NCBI RefSeq assembly: GCF_009914755.1
Contig: NC_060933.1
Source: the human T2T-CHM13v2.0 reference genome, Homo sapiens
DNA: 64,000 nt
Strand: one strand, 5' to 3'
The position numbers and the translations under genes are program-made. A model generated the notes under the pieces. It did not search any database and was not told where the DNA came from. It was given only the letters and a program-made list of their open reading frames with translations. Positions 13,601 through 27,168 of the stretch are shown here, in pieces. Numbering within the stretch: position 1 is the stretch's first letter; every line of letters begins with the position of its first letter.

Positions 13601-16600
13601 AGAGTTGAACCTTTCTTTTGATACAACATTTTGGAAACACTCTTTTTGTGGAATCTGCAAGTGGATATTTGGATAGCTTTGAAGGTTTCGTTGGAAACGG
13701 GAATATCTTCATATAAAATCAAGACAGAAGCATTCTCAGAAACTTCTCTGTGATGTTTGCATTCAACTCATAGAGTTGAACACTTCCCTTCATACAGCAG
13801 GTTTGAAACACCCTTTTTGTAATATTTGGAAGTGGACATTTGCAGCGCTTTGAGGCCTATGATGAAAAAGGTAATATCTTCCCATAAAAACTAGACAGAA
13901 GCATTCTCAGAAACTTGTTTGTGATGTGTGTATTCAACTAACAGAGATGAACCTTTCTTTTTACAGAGCAGTTTTGAAACACTCTTTTTGTGGAATCTGA
14001 AAGTGGATATTTGGATAGCTTTGCGGATTTCGTTGGAAACGGGATTACATATAAAATCTAGGGAGAAGCATTCTCAGGAACTTCTTTGTGATGTTTGCAT
14101 TCACGTCACAGAACTGAACATTCCCTTTCATAGAGCAGGTTTGAAACACTCTTTCTGTAGTATCTGCAAGCGGACGTTTTAAGCGCTTTCAGGCCTGTGG
14201 TGAGAAAGGAAATATCTTCAAATAAAAACTAGACAGAAGCATTCTCAGAAACTTATTTGCGATGTGTGTCCTCAACTAACAGAGTTGAACCTTTCTTTTG
14301 ATACAACATTTTGGAAACACTCTTTTTGTAGAATCTGCAAGTGGATATTTGGATAGCTTTGAAGGTTTCGTTGGAAACGGGAATATCTTCATATGAAATC
14401 AAGACAGAAGCATTCTCAGAAACTTCTCTGTGATGTTTGCATTCAACTCATAGAGTTGAACACTTCTCTTCATACAGCAGGTTTGAAACACTCTTTTTCT
14501 AATATTTGGAAGTGGACATTTGCAGCGCTTTGAGGCCTATGTTGAAAAAGGAAATATCTTCTCCTAAAAACCAGACAGAAGCATTCTCAGAAACTTCCTT
14601 GTGATGTGTGTACTCAAGTAACAGAGTTGAACCTTCCTTTTGACAGAGCAGTTTTGAAGCACTCTTTTTGTAGAATCTGCAAGTGGATATTTTGATACCA
14701 TTGAGGATTTCGTTGGACACGGGATATCTTCATATAAAATCTAGACAGAAGCATTCTCAGAAACTTCTTTGTGCTGTATGTCCTCAATTAACAGAGTTGA
14801 ACCTTTGTGTGGATACAGCATTTTGGAAACATTCCTTTAGTAGAATCTGCAAGTTGATATTTAGATAGCTAGGAAGAGTTCCTTGGAAACGGGAATATCT
14901 TCATATAAAATCTAGACGGAAGCATTCTCAGAAAGTGCTTTGTGATGTTTGCATTCAAGTCACAGAGTTGAATGTCCCCTTTTATAGAGCAGGTTTGAAA
15001 CACTCTTTCTGCACTACCTGGAAGTGGACATTTGGAGCGCTTTGAGGCCTATGTTGAAAAAGGAAATATCTTCCCATAAAAACTAGACAGAAGCATTCTC
15101 AGAAACTTGTTTGTGATGTGTGTATTCAACTAACAGAGATGAACCTTTCTTTTTACAGAGCAGTTTTGAAACACTCTTTTTGTGGAATCTGAAAGTGGAT
15201 ATTTGGATAGCTTTGAGGATTTCGTTGGAAACGGGATTACATATAAAACCTAGAGAGAAGCATTCTCAGGAACTTCTTTGTGATGTTTGCATTCAAGTCA
15301 CAGAACTGAACATTCCCTTTCATAGAGCAGGTTTGAAACACTCTTTCTGTAGTATCTGCAAGCTGACGTTTCAAGCGCTTTCAGGCCTATGGTGAGAAAG
15401 GAAATATCTTCAAGTAAAAACTAGACAGAAGCATTCTCAGAAACTTATTTGCGATGTGTGTTCTCAACTAACAGAGTTGAACCTTTGTTTTGATATGGCA
15501 TTTTGGAAACACTCTTTTTGTAGAATCTGCAGGTGGATATTCGGATAGCTTTGAAGGTTTCGTTGGAAACGGGAATATCTTCATATAAAATCTAGACGGA
15601 AGCATTCTCAGAAACTGCTTTGTGATGTTTTCATTCAAGTCACAGAGTAGAATGTTCCCTGTTATATACCAGGTTTGAGACACTCTTTCTGCACTACCTG
15701 GAAGTGGACATTTGCAGCGCTTTGAGGCCTATGATGAAAAAGGAAATATCTTCCCATAAAAACTAGACAGAAGCATTCTCAGAAACTTGTTTGTGATGTG
15801 TGTATTCAACTAACAGAGATGAACCTTTCTTTTTACAGAGCAGTTTTGAAACACTCTTTTTGTGGAATCTGAAAGTGGATATTTGGATAGCTTTGAGGAT
15901 TTCGTTGGAAACGGGATTACATATAAAATCTAGAGAGAAGCATTCTCAGGAACTTCTTTGTGATGTTTGCATTCACGTCACAGAACTGAACATTCCCTTT
16001 CATAGAGCATGTTTGAAACACTCTTTCTGTAGTATCTACAAACGGACATTTCAAACGCTTTCAGGCCTATGGTGAGAAAGGAAATATCTTCAAATAAAAA
16101 CTAGACAGAAGCATTCTCAGAAACTTATTTGCGATGTGTGTCCTCAACTAACAGAGTTGAACCTTTCTTTTGATACAACATTTTGGAAACACTCTTTTTG
16201 TAGAATCTGCAAGTGGATATTTGAATAGCTTTGAAGGTTTCGTTGGAAACGGGAATATCTTCATATAAAATCAAGACAGAAGCATTCTCAGAAACTTCTC
16301 TGTGATGTTTGCATTCAACTCATAGAGTTGAACACTTCCCTTCATACAGCAGGTTTGAAACACTCTTTTTGTAACATTTGGAAGTGGACATTTGCAGCGC
16401 TTTGAGGCCTATGTTGAAAAAGGAAATATCTTCTCCTAAAAACCAGACAGAAGCATTCTCAGAAACTTCCTTGTGATGTGTGTACTCCAGTAACAGAGTT
16501 GAACCTTCCTTTTGACAGAGCAGTTTTGAAGCACTCTTTTTGTAGAATCTGCAAGTGGATATTTTGATACCTTTGAGGATTTCGTTGGACACGGGTTATC

Positions 16601-19600
16601 GTCATATAAAATCTAGACAGAAGCATTCTCAGAAACTTCTTTGTGCTGTATGTCCTCAATTAACAGAGTTGAACCTTTGTGTGGATACAGCATTTTGGAA
16701 ACATTCCTTTAGTAGAATCTGCAAGTTGATATTTAGATAGCTAGGAAGATTTCCTTGGAAACGGGAATATCTTCATATAAAATCTAGACGGAAGCATTCT
16801 CAGAAAGTGCTTTGTGATGTTTGCATTCAAGTCACAGAGTTGAATATTCCCTTTTATAGAGCAGGTTTGAAACACTCTTTCTGCACTACCTGGAAGTGGA
16901 CATTTGGAGCGCTTTGAGGCCTATGTTGAAAAACGAAATATCATCCCATAAAAACTAGACAGAAGCATTCTCAGAAACTTGTTTGTGATGTGTGTATTCA
17001 ACTAACAGAGATGAACCTTTCTTTTTACAGAGCAGTTTTGAAACACTCTTTTTGTGGAATCTGAAAGTGGATATTTGGATAGCTTTGAGGATTTCGTTGG
17101 AAACGGGATTACATATAAAACCTAGAGAGAAGCATTCTCAGGAACTTCTTTGTGATGTTTGCCTTCAAGTCACAGGACTGAACATTCCCTTTCATAGAGC
17201 AGGTTTGAAACACTCTTTCTGTAGTATCTGCAAGCTGACGTTTCAAGCGCTTTCAGGCCTATGGTGAGAAAGGAAATATCTTCAAGTAAAAACTAGACAG
17301 AAGCATTCTCAGAAACTTATTTGCCATGTGTGTTCTCAACTAACAGAGTTGAACCTTTGTTTTGATACGGCATTTTGGAAACACTCTTTTTGTAGAATCT
17401 GCAGGTGGATATTCGGATAGCTTTGAAGGTTTCGTTGGAAACGGGAATATCTTCATATAAAATCTTGACGGAAGCATTCTCAGAAACTGCTTTGTGATGT
17501 TTTCATTCAAGTCACAGAGTAGAATCTTCCCTGTTATATACCAGGTTTCAGACACTCTTTCTGCACTACCTGGAAGTGGACATTTGCAGCGCTTTGAGGC
17601 CTATGATGAAAAAGGAAATATCTTCCCATAAAAACTAGACAGAAGCATTCTCAGAAACTTGTTTGTGATGTGTGTATTCAACTAACAGAGATGAACCTTT
17701 CTTTTTACAGAGCAGTTTTGAAACACTCTTTTTGTGGAATCTGAAAGTGGATATTTAGATAGCTTTGAGGATTTCGTTGGAAACGGGATTACATATAAAA
17801 TCTAGAGAGAAGCATTCTCAGGAACTTCTTTGTGATGTTTGCATTCACGTCACAGAACTGAACATTCCCTTTCATAGAGCATGTTTGAAACACTCTTTCT
17901 GTAGTATCTGCAAACGGACATTTCAAACGCTTTCAGGCCTGTGGTGAGAAAGGAAATATCTTCAAATAAAAACTAGACAGAAGCATTCTCAGAAACTTAT
18001 TTGCGATGTGTGTCCTCAACTAACAGAGTTGAACCTTTCTTTTGATACAACATTTTGGAAACACTCTTTTTGTGGAATCTGCAAGTGGATATTTGGATAG
18101 CTTTGAAGATTTCGTTGGAAACGGGAATATCTTCATATAAAATCAAGACAGAAGCATTCTCAGAAACTTCTCTGTGATGTTTGCATTCAACTCATAGAGT
18201 TGAACACTTCCCTTCATACAGCAGGTTTGAAACACTCTTTTTGTAATATTTGGAAGTGGACATTTGCAGCGCTTTGAGGCCTATGATGAAAAAGGTAATA
18301 TCTTCCCATAAAAACTAGACAGAAGCATTCTCAGAAACTTGTTTGTGATGTGTGTATTCAACTAACAGAGATGAACCTTTCTTTTTACAGAGCAGTTTTG
18401 AAACACTCTTTTTGTGGAATCTGAAAGTGGATATTTGGATAGCTTTGAGGATTTCGTTGGAAACGGGATTACATATAAAATCTAGGGAGAAGCATTCTCA
18501 GGAACTTCTTTGTGATGTTTGCATTCAAGTCACAGAACTGAACATTCCCTTTCATAGAGCATGTTTGAAACACTCTTTCTGTAGTATCTGCAAACGGACA
18601 TTTCAAACGCTTTCAGGTCTATGGTGAGAAAGGAAATATCTTCAAATAAAAACTAGACAGAAGCATTCTCAGAAACTTGTTGGCGATGTGTTTCCTCAAC
18701 TAACAGAGTTGAACCTTTCTTTTGATACAACATTTTGGAAACACTCTTTTTGTAGAATCTGCAAGTGGATATTTGGATAGCTTTGAAGGTTTCTTTGGAA
18801 ACGGGAATATCTTCATATAAAATCAAGACAGAAGCATTCTCAGAAACTTCTCTGTGATGTTTGCATTCAACTCATAGAGTTGAACACTTCCCTTCATACA
18901 GCAGGTTTGAAACACTCTTTTTGTAATATTTGGAAGTGGACATTTGCAGCGCTTTGAGGCCTATGATGAAAAAGGTAATATCTTCCCATAAAAACTAGAC
19001 AGAAGCATTCTCAGAAACTTGTTTGTGATGTGTGTATTCAACTAACAGAGATGAACCTTTCTTTTTACAGAGCAGTTTTGAAACACTCTTTGTGTGGAAT
19101 CTGAAAGTGGATATTTGGATAGCTTTGCGGATTTCGTTGGAAACGGGATTACATATAAAATCTAGGGAGAAGCATTCTCAGGAACTTCTTTGTGATGTTT
19201 GCATTCAAGTCACAGAACTGAACATTCCCTTTCATAGAGCAGGTTTGAAACACTCTTTCTGTAGTATCTGCAAGCGGACGTTTTAAGCGTTTTCAGGCCT
19301 GTGGTGAGAAAAGAAATATCTTCAAATAAAAACTAGACAGAAGCATTCTCAGAAACTTATTTGCGATGTGTGTCCTCAACTAACAGAGTTGAACCTTTCT
19401 TTTGATACAACATTTTGGAAACACTCTTTTTGTAGAATCTGCAAGTGGATATTTGGATAGCTTTGAAGGTTTCGTTGGAAACGGGAATATCTTCATATGA
19501 AATCAAGACAGAAGCATTCTCAGAAACTTCTCTGTGATGTTTGCATTCAACTCATAGAGTTGAACACTTCCCTTCATACAGCAGGTTTGAAACACTCTTT

Positions 19601-22600
19601 TTGTAATATTTGGAAGTGGACATTTGCAGCGCTTTGAGGCCTATGTTGAAAAAGGAAATATCTTCTCCTAAAAACCAGACAGAAGCATTCTCAGAAACTT
19701 CCTTGTGATGTGTGTACTCAAGTAACAGAGTTGAACCTTCCTTTTGACAGAGCAGTTTTGAAGCACTCTTTTTGTAGAATCTGCAAGTGGATATTTTGAT
19801 ACCTTTGAGGATTTCGTTGGACACGGGATATCTTCATATAAAATCTAGACAGAAGCATTCTCAGAAACTTCTTTGTGCTGTATGTCCTCAATTAACAGAG
19901 TTGAACCTTTGTGTGGATACAGCATTTTGGAAACATTCCTTTAGTAGAATCTGCAAGTTGATATTTAGATAGCTAGGAAGATTTCCTTGGAAACGGGAAT
20001 ATCTTCATATAAAATCTAGACGGAAGCATTCTCAGAAAGTGCTTTGTGATGTTTGCATTCAAGTCACAGAGTTGAATATTCCCTTTTATAGAGCAGGTTT
20101 GAAACACTCTTTCTGCACTACCTGGAAGTGGACATTTGGAGCGCTTTGAGGCCTATGTTGAAAAAGGAAATATCTTCCCATAAAAACTAGACAGAAGCAT
20201 TCTCAGAAACTTGTTTGTGATGTGTGTATTCAACTAACAGAGATGAACCTTTCTTTTTACAGAGCAGTTTTGAAACACTCTTTTTGTGGAATCTGAAAGT
20301 GGATATTTGGATAGCTTTGAGGATTTCGTTGGAAACGGGATTACATATAAAACCTAGAGAGAAGCATTCTCAGGAACTTCTTTGTGATGTTTGCCTTCAA
20401 GTCACAGGACTGAACATTCCCTTTCATAGAGCAGGTTTGAAACACTCTTTCTGTAGTATCTGCAAGCTGACGTTTCAAGCGCTTTCAGGCCTATGGTGAG
20501 AAAGGAAATATCTTCAAGTAAAAACTAGACAGAAGCATTCTCAGAAACTTATTTGCCATGTGTGTTCTCAACTAACAGAGTTGAACCTTTGTTTTGATAC
20601 GGCATTTTGGAAACACTCTTTTTGTAGAATCTGCAGGTGGATATTCGGATAGCTTTGAAGGTTTCGTTGGAAACGGGAATATCTTCATATAAAATCTTGA
20701 CGGAAGCATTCTCAGAAACTGCTTTGTGATGTTTTCATTCAAGTCACAGAGTAGAATCTTCCCTGTTATATACCAGGTTTCAGACACTCTTTCTGCACTA
20801 CCTGGAAGTGGACATTTGCAGCGCTTTGAGGCCTATGATGAAAAAGGAAATATCTTCCCATAAAAACTAGACAGAAGCATTCTCAGAAACTTGTTTGTGA
20901 TGTGTGTATTCAACTAACAGAGATGAACCTTTCTTTTTACAGAGCAGTTTTGAAACACTCTTTTTGTGGAATCTGAAAGTGGATATTTGGATAGCTTTGA
21001 GGATTTCGTTGGAAACGGGATTACATATAAAATCTAGAGAGAAGCATTCTCAGGAACTTCTTTGTGATGTTTGCATTCACGTCACAGAACTGAACATTCC
21101 CTTTCATAGAGCATGTTTGAAACACTCTTTCTGTAGTATCTGCAAACGGACATTTCAAACGCTTTCAGGCCTATGGTGAGAAAGGAAATATCTTCAAATA
21201 AAAACTAGACAGAAGCATTCTCAGAAACTTATTTGCGATGTGTGTCCTCAACTAACAGAGTTGAACCTTTCTTTTGATACAACATTTTGGAAACACTCTT
21301 TTTGTGGAATCTGCAAGTGGATATTTGGATAGCTTTGAAGGTTTCGTTGGAAACGGGAATATCTTCATATAAAATCAAGACAGAAGCATTCTCAGAAACT
21401 TCTCTGTGATGTTTGCATTCAACTCATAGAGTTGAACACTTCCCTTCATACAGCAGGTTTGAAACACTCTTTTTCTAATATTTGGAAGTGGACTTTTGCA
21501 GCGCTTTGAAGCCTATGATGAAAAAGGTAATATCTTCCCATAAAAACTAGAAAGAAGCATTCTCAGAAACTTGTTTGTGATGTGTGTATTCAACTAACAG
21601 AGATGAACCTTTCTTTTTACAGAGCAGTTTTGAAGCACTCTTTTTGTAGAATCTGCAAGTGGATATTTTGATACCATTGAGGATTTCGTTGGACACGGGA
21701 TATCTTCATATAAAATCTAGACAGAAGCATTCTCAGAAACTTCTTTGTGCTGTATGTCCTCAATTAACAGAGTTGAACCTTTGTGTGGATACAGCATTTT
21801 GGAAACATTCCTTTAGTAGAATCTGCAAGTTGATATTTAGATAGCTAGGAAGAGTTCCTTGGAAACGGGAATATCTTCATATAAAATCTAGACGGAAGCA
21901 TTCTCAGAAAGTGCTTTGTGATGTTTGCATTCAAGTCACAGAGTTGAATGTTCCCTTTTATAGAGCAGGTTTGAAACACTCTTTCTGCACTACCTGGAAG
22001 TGGACATTTGGAGCGCTTTGAGGCCTATGTTGAAAAAGGAAATATCTTCCCATAAAAACTAGACAGAAGCATTCTCAGAAACTTGTTTGTGATGTGTGTA
22101 TTCAACTAACAGAGATGAACCTTTCTTTTTACAGAGCAGTTTTGAAACACTCTTTTTGTGGAATCTGAAAGTGGATATTTGGATAGCTTTGAGGATTTCG
22201 TTGGAAACGGGATTACATATAAAACCTAGAGAGAAGCATTCTCAGGAACTTCTTTGTGATGTTTGCATTCAAGTCACAGAACTGAACATTCCCTTTCATA
22301 GAGCAGGTTTGAAACACTCTTTCTGTAGTATCTGCAAGCTGACGTTTCAAGCGCTTTCAGGCCTATGGTGAGAAAGGAAATATCTTCAAGTAAAAACTAG
22401 ACAGAAGCATTCTCAGAAACTTATTTGCGATGTGTGTTCTCAACTAACAGAGTTGAACCTTTGTTTTGATATGGCATTTTGGAAACACTCTTTTTGTAGA
22501 ATCTGCAGGTGGATATTCGGATAGCTTTGAAGGTTTCGTTGGAAACGGGAATATCTTCATATAAAATCTAGACGGAAGCATTCTCAGAAACTGCTTTGTG

Positions 22601-22850
22601 ATGTTTTCATTCAAGTCACAGAGTAGAATGTTCCCTGTTATATACCAGGTTTGAGACACTCTTTCTGCACTACCTGGAAGTGGACATTTGCAGCGCTTTG
22701 AGGCCTATGATGAAAAAGGAAATATCTTCCCATAAAAACTAGACAGAAGCATTCTCAGAAACTTGTTTGTGATGTGTGTATTCAACTAACAGAGATGAAC
22801 CTTTCTTTTTACAGAGCAGTTTTGAAACACTCTTTTTGTGGAATCTGAAA
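6030..22850 (+). repeat. Copy 1 of ~16.8 kb intra-array duplication
   Basis: Identical HOR order and shared rare SNVs with 46010-62830 at constant offset 39,980. Boundaries are approximate. Confidence 0.92.
16449..19680 (+). repeat. 19-mer HOR (3232 bp), 4-mer order A-B-B'-C
   Basis: Anchor spacing of 3232 bp, with 4-mer ORF homologues at 16992, ~17672, 18352 and 19032. Confidence 0.93.
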
Positions 22851-25800
22851 GTGGATATTTGGATAGCTTTGAGGATTTCGTTGGAAACGGGATTACATAT
22901 AAAATCTAGAGAGAAGCATTCTCAGGAACTTCTTTGTGATGTTTGCATTCACGTCACAGAACTGAACATTCCCTTTCATAGAGCATGTTTGAAACACTCT
23001 TTCTGTAGTATCTACAAACGGACATTTCAAACGCTTTCAGGCCTATGGTGAGAAAGGAAATATCTTCAAATAAAAACTAGACAGAAGCATTCTCAGAAAC
23101 TTATTTGCGATGTGTGTCCTCAACTAACAGAGTTGAACCTTTCTTTTGATACAACATTTTGGAAACACTCTTTTTGTAGAATCTGCAAGTGGATATTTGA
23201 ATAGCTTTGAAGGTTTCGTTGGAAACGGGAATATCTTCATATAAAATCAAGACAGAAGCATTCTCAGAAACTTCTCTGTGATGTTTGCATTCAACTCATA
23301 GAGTTGAACACTTCCCTTCATACAGCAGGTTTGAAACACTCTTTTTGTAACATTTGGAAGTGGACATTTGCAGCGCTTTGAGGCCTATGTTGAAAAAGGA
23401 AATATCTTCTCCTAAAAACCAGACAGAAGCATTCTCAGAAACTTCCTTGTGATGTGTGTACTCAAGTAACAGAGTTGAACCTTCCTTTTGACAGAGCAGT
23501 TTTGAAGCACTCTTTTTGTAGAATCTGCAAGTGGATATTTTGATACCTTTGAGGATTTCGTTGGACACGGGATATCTTCATATAAAATCTAGACAGAAGC
23601 ATTCTCAGAAACTTCTTTGTGCTGTATGTCCTCAATTAACAGAGTTGAACCTTTGTGTGGATACAGCATTTTGGAAACATTCCTTTAGTAGAATCTGCAA
23701 GTTGATGTTTAGATAGCTAGGAAGATTTCCTTGGAAACGGGAATATCTTCATATAAAATCTAGACGGAAGCATTCTCAGAAAGTGCTTTGTGATGTTTGC
23801 ATTCAAGTCACAGAGTTGAATATTCCCTTTTATAGAGCAGGTTTGAAACACTCTTTCTGCACTACCTGGAAGTGGACATTTGGAGCGCTTTGAGGCCTAT
23901 GTTGAAAAAGGAAATATCTTCCCATAAAAACTAGACAGAAGCATTCTCAGAAACTTGTTTGTGATGTGTGTATTCAACTAACAGAGATGAACCTTTCTTT
24001 TTACAGAGCAGTTTTGAAACACTCTTTTTGTGGAATCTGAAAGTGGATATTTGGATAGCTTTGAGGATTTCGTTGGAAACGGGATTACATATAAAACCTA
24101 GAGAGAAGCATTCTCAGGAACTTCTTTGTGATGTTTGCCTTCAAGTCACAGGACTGAACATTCCCTTTCATAGAGCAGGTTTGAAACACTCTTTCTGTAG
24201 TATCTGCAAGCTGACGTTTCAAGCGCTTTCAGGCCTATGGTGAGAAAGGAAATATCTTCAAGTAAAAACTAGACAGAAGCATTCTCAGAAACTTATTTGC
24301 CATGTGTGTTCTCAACTAACAGAGTTGAACCTTTGTTTTGATACGGCATTTTGGAAACACTCTTTTTGTAGAATCTGCAGGTGGATATTCGGATAGCTTT
24401 GAAGGTTTCGTTGGAAACGGGAATATCTTCATATAAAATCTTGACGGAAGCATTCTCAGAAACTGCTTTGTGATGTTTTCATTCAAGTCACAGAGTAGAA
24501 TCTTCCCTGTTATATACCAGGTTTCAGACACTCTTTCTGCACTACCTGGAAGTGGACATTTGCAGCGCTTTGAGGCCTATGATGAAAAAGGAAATATCTT
24601 CCCATAAAAACTAGACAGAAGCATTCTCAGAAACTTGTTTGTGATGTGTGTATTCAACTAACAGAGATGAACCTTTCTTTTTACAGAGCAGTTTTGAAAC
24701 ACTCTTTTTGTGGAATCTGAAAGTGGATATTTGGATAGCTTTGAGGATTTCGTTGGAAACGGGATTACATATAAAATCTAGAGAGAAGCATTCTCAGGAA
24801 CTTCTTTGTGATGTTTGCATTCACGTCACAGAACTGAACATTCCCTTTCATAGAGCATGTTTGAAACACTCTTTCTGTAGTATCTGCAAACGGACATTTC
24901 AAACGCTTTCAGGCCTATGGTGAGAAAGGAAATATCTTCAAATAAAAACTAGACAGAAGCATTCTCAGAAACTTATTTGCGATGTGTGTCCTCAACTAAC
25001 AGAGTTGAACCTTTCTTTTGATACAACATTTTGGAAACACTCTTTTTGTGGAATCTGCAAGTGGATATTTGGATAGCTTTGAAGGTTTCGTTGGAAACGG
25101 GAATATCTTCATATAAAATCAAGACAGAAGCATTCTCAGAAACTTCTCTGTGATGTTTGCATTCAACTCATAGAGTTGAACACTTCCCTTCATACAGCAG
25201 GTTTGAAACACTCTTTTTCTAATATTTGGAAGTGGACTTTTGCAGCGCTTTGAAGCCTATGATGAAAAAGGTAATATCTTCCCATAAAAACTAGAAAGAA
25301 GCATTCTCAGAAACTTGTTTGTGATGTGTGTATTCAACTAACAGAGATGAACCTTTCTTTTTACAGAGCAGTTTTGAAGCACTCTTTTTGTAGAATCTGC
25401 AAGTGGATATTTTGATACCATTGAGGATTTCGTTGGACACGGGATATCTTCATATAAAAACTAGACAGAAGCATTCTCAGAAACTTCTTTGTGCTGTATG
25501 TCCTCAATTAACAGAGTTGAACCTTTGTGTGGATACAGCATTTTGGAAACATTCCTTTAGTAGAATCTGCAAGTTGATATTTAGATAGCTAGGAAGAGTT
25601 CCTTGGAAACGGGAATATCTTCATATAAAATCTAGACGGAAGCATTCTCAGAAAGTGCTTTGTGATGTTTGCATTCAAGTCACAGAGTTGAATGTTCCCT
25701 TTTATAGAGCAGGTTTGAAACACTCTTTCTGCACTACCTGGAAGTGGACATTTGGAGCGCTTTGAGGCCTATGTTGAAAAAGGAAATATCTTCCCATAAA

Positions 25801-27168
25801 AACTAGACAGAAGCATTCTCAGAAACTTGTTTGTGATGTGTGTATTCAACTAACAGAGATGAACCTTTCTTTTTACAGAGCAGTTTTGAAACACTCTTTT
25901 TGTGGAATCTGAAAGTGGATATTTGGATAGCTTTGAGGATTTCGTTGGAAACGGGATTACATATAAAACCTAGAGAGAAGCATTCTCAGGAACTTCTTTG
26001 TGATGTTTGCATTCAAGTCACAGAACTGAACATTCCCTTTCATAGAGCAGGTTTGAAACACTCTTTCTGTAGTATCTGCAAGCTGACGTTTCAAGCGCTT
26101 TCAGGCCTATGGTGAGAAAGGAAATATCTTCAAGTAAAAACTAGACAGAAGCATTCTCAGAAACTTATTTGCGATGTGTGTTCTCAACTAACAGAGTTGA
26201 ACCTTTGTTTTGATATGGCATTTTGGAAACACTCTTTTTGTAGAATCTGCAGGTGGATATTCGGATAGCTTTGAAGGTTTCGTTGGAAACGGGAATATCT
26301 TCATATAAAATCTAGACGGAAGCATTCTCAGAAACTGCTTTGTGATGTTTTCATTCAAGTCACAGAGTAGAATGTTCCCTGTTATATACCAGGTTTCAGA
26401 CACTCTTTCTGCACTACCTGGAAGTGGACATTTGCAGCGCTTTGAGGCCTATGATGAAAAAGGAAATATCTTCCCATAAAAACTAGACAGAAGCATTCTC
26501 AGAAACTTGTTTGTGATGTGTGTATTCAACTAACAGAGATGAACCTTTCTTTTTACAGAGCAGTTTTGAAACACTCTTTTTGTGGAATCTGAAAGTGGAT
26601 ATTTGGATAGCTTTGAGGATTTCGTTGGAAACGGGATTACATATAAAATCTAGAGAGAAGCATTCTCAGGAACTTCTTTGTGATGTTTGCATTCACGTCA
26701 CAGAACTGAACATTCCCTTTCATAGAGCATGTTTGAAACACTCTTTCTGTAGTATCTACAAACGGACATTTCAAACGCTTTCAGGCCTATGGTGAGAAAG
26801 GAAATATCTTCAAATAAAAACTAGACAGAAGCATTCTCAGAAACTTATTTGCGATGTGTGTCCTCAACTAACAGAGTTGAACCTTTCTTTTGATACAACA
26901 TTTTGGAAACACTCTTTTTGTAGAATCTGCAAGTGGATATTTGGATAGCTTTGAAGGTTTCGTTGGAAACGGGAATATCTTCATATGAAATCAAGACAGA
27001 AGCATTCTCAGAAACTTCTCTGTGATGTTTGCATTCAACTCATAGAGTTGAACACTTCCCTTCATACAGCAGGTTTGAAACACTCTTTTTCTAATATTTG
27101 GAAGTGGACATTTGCAGCGCTTTGAGGCCTATGTTGAAAAAGGAAATATCTTCTCCTAAAAACCAGAC

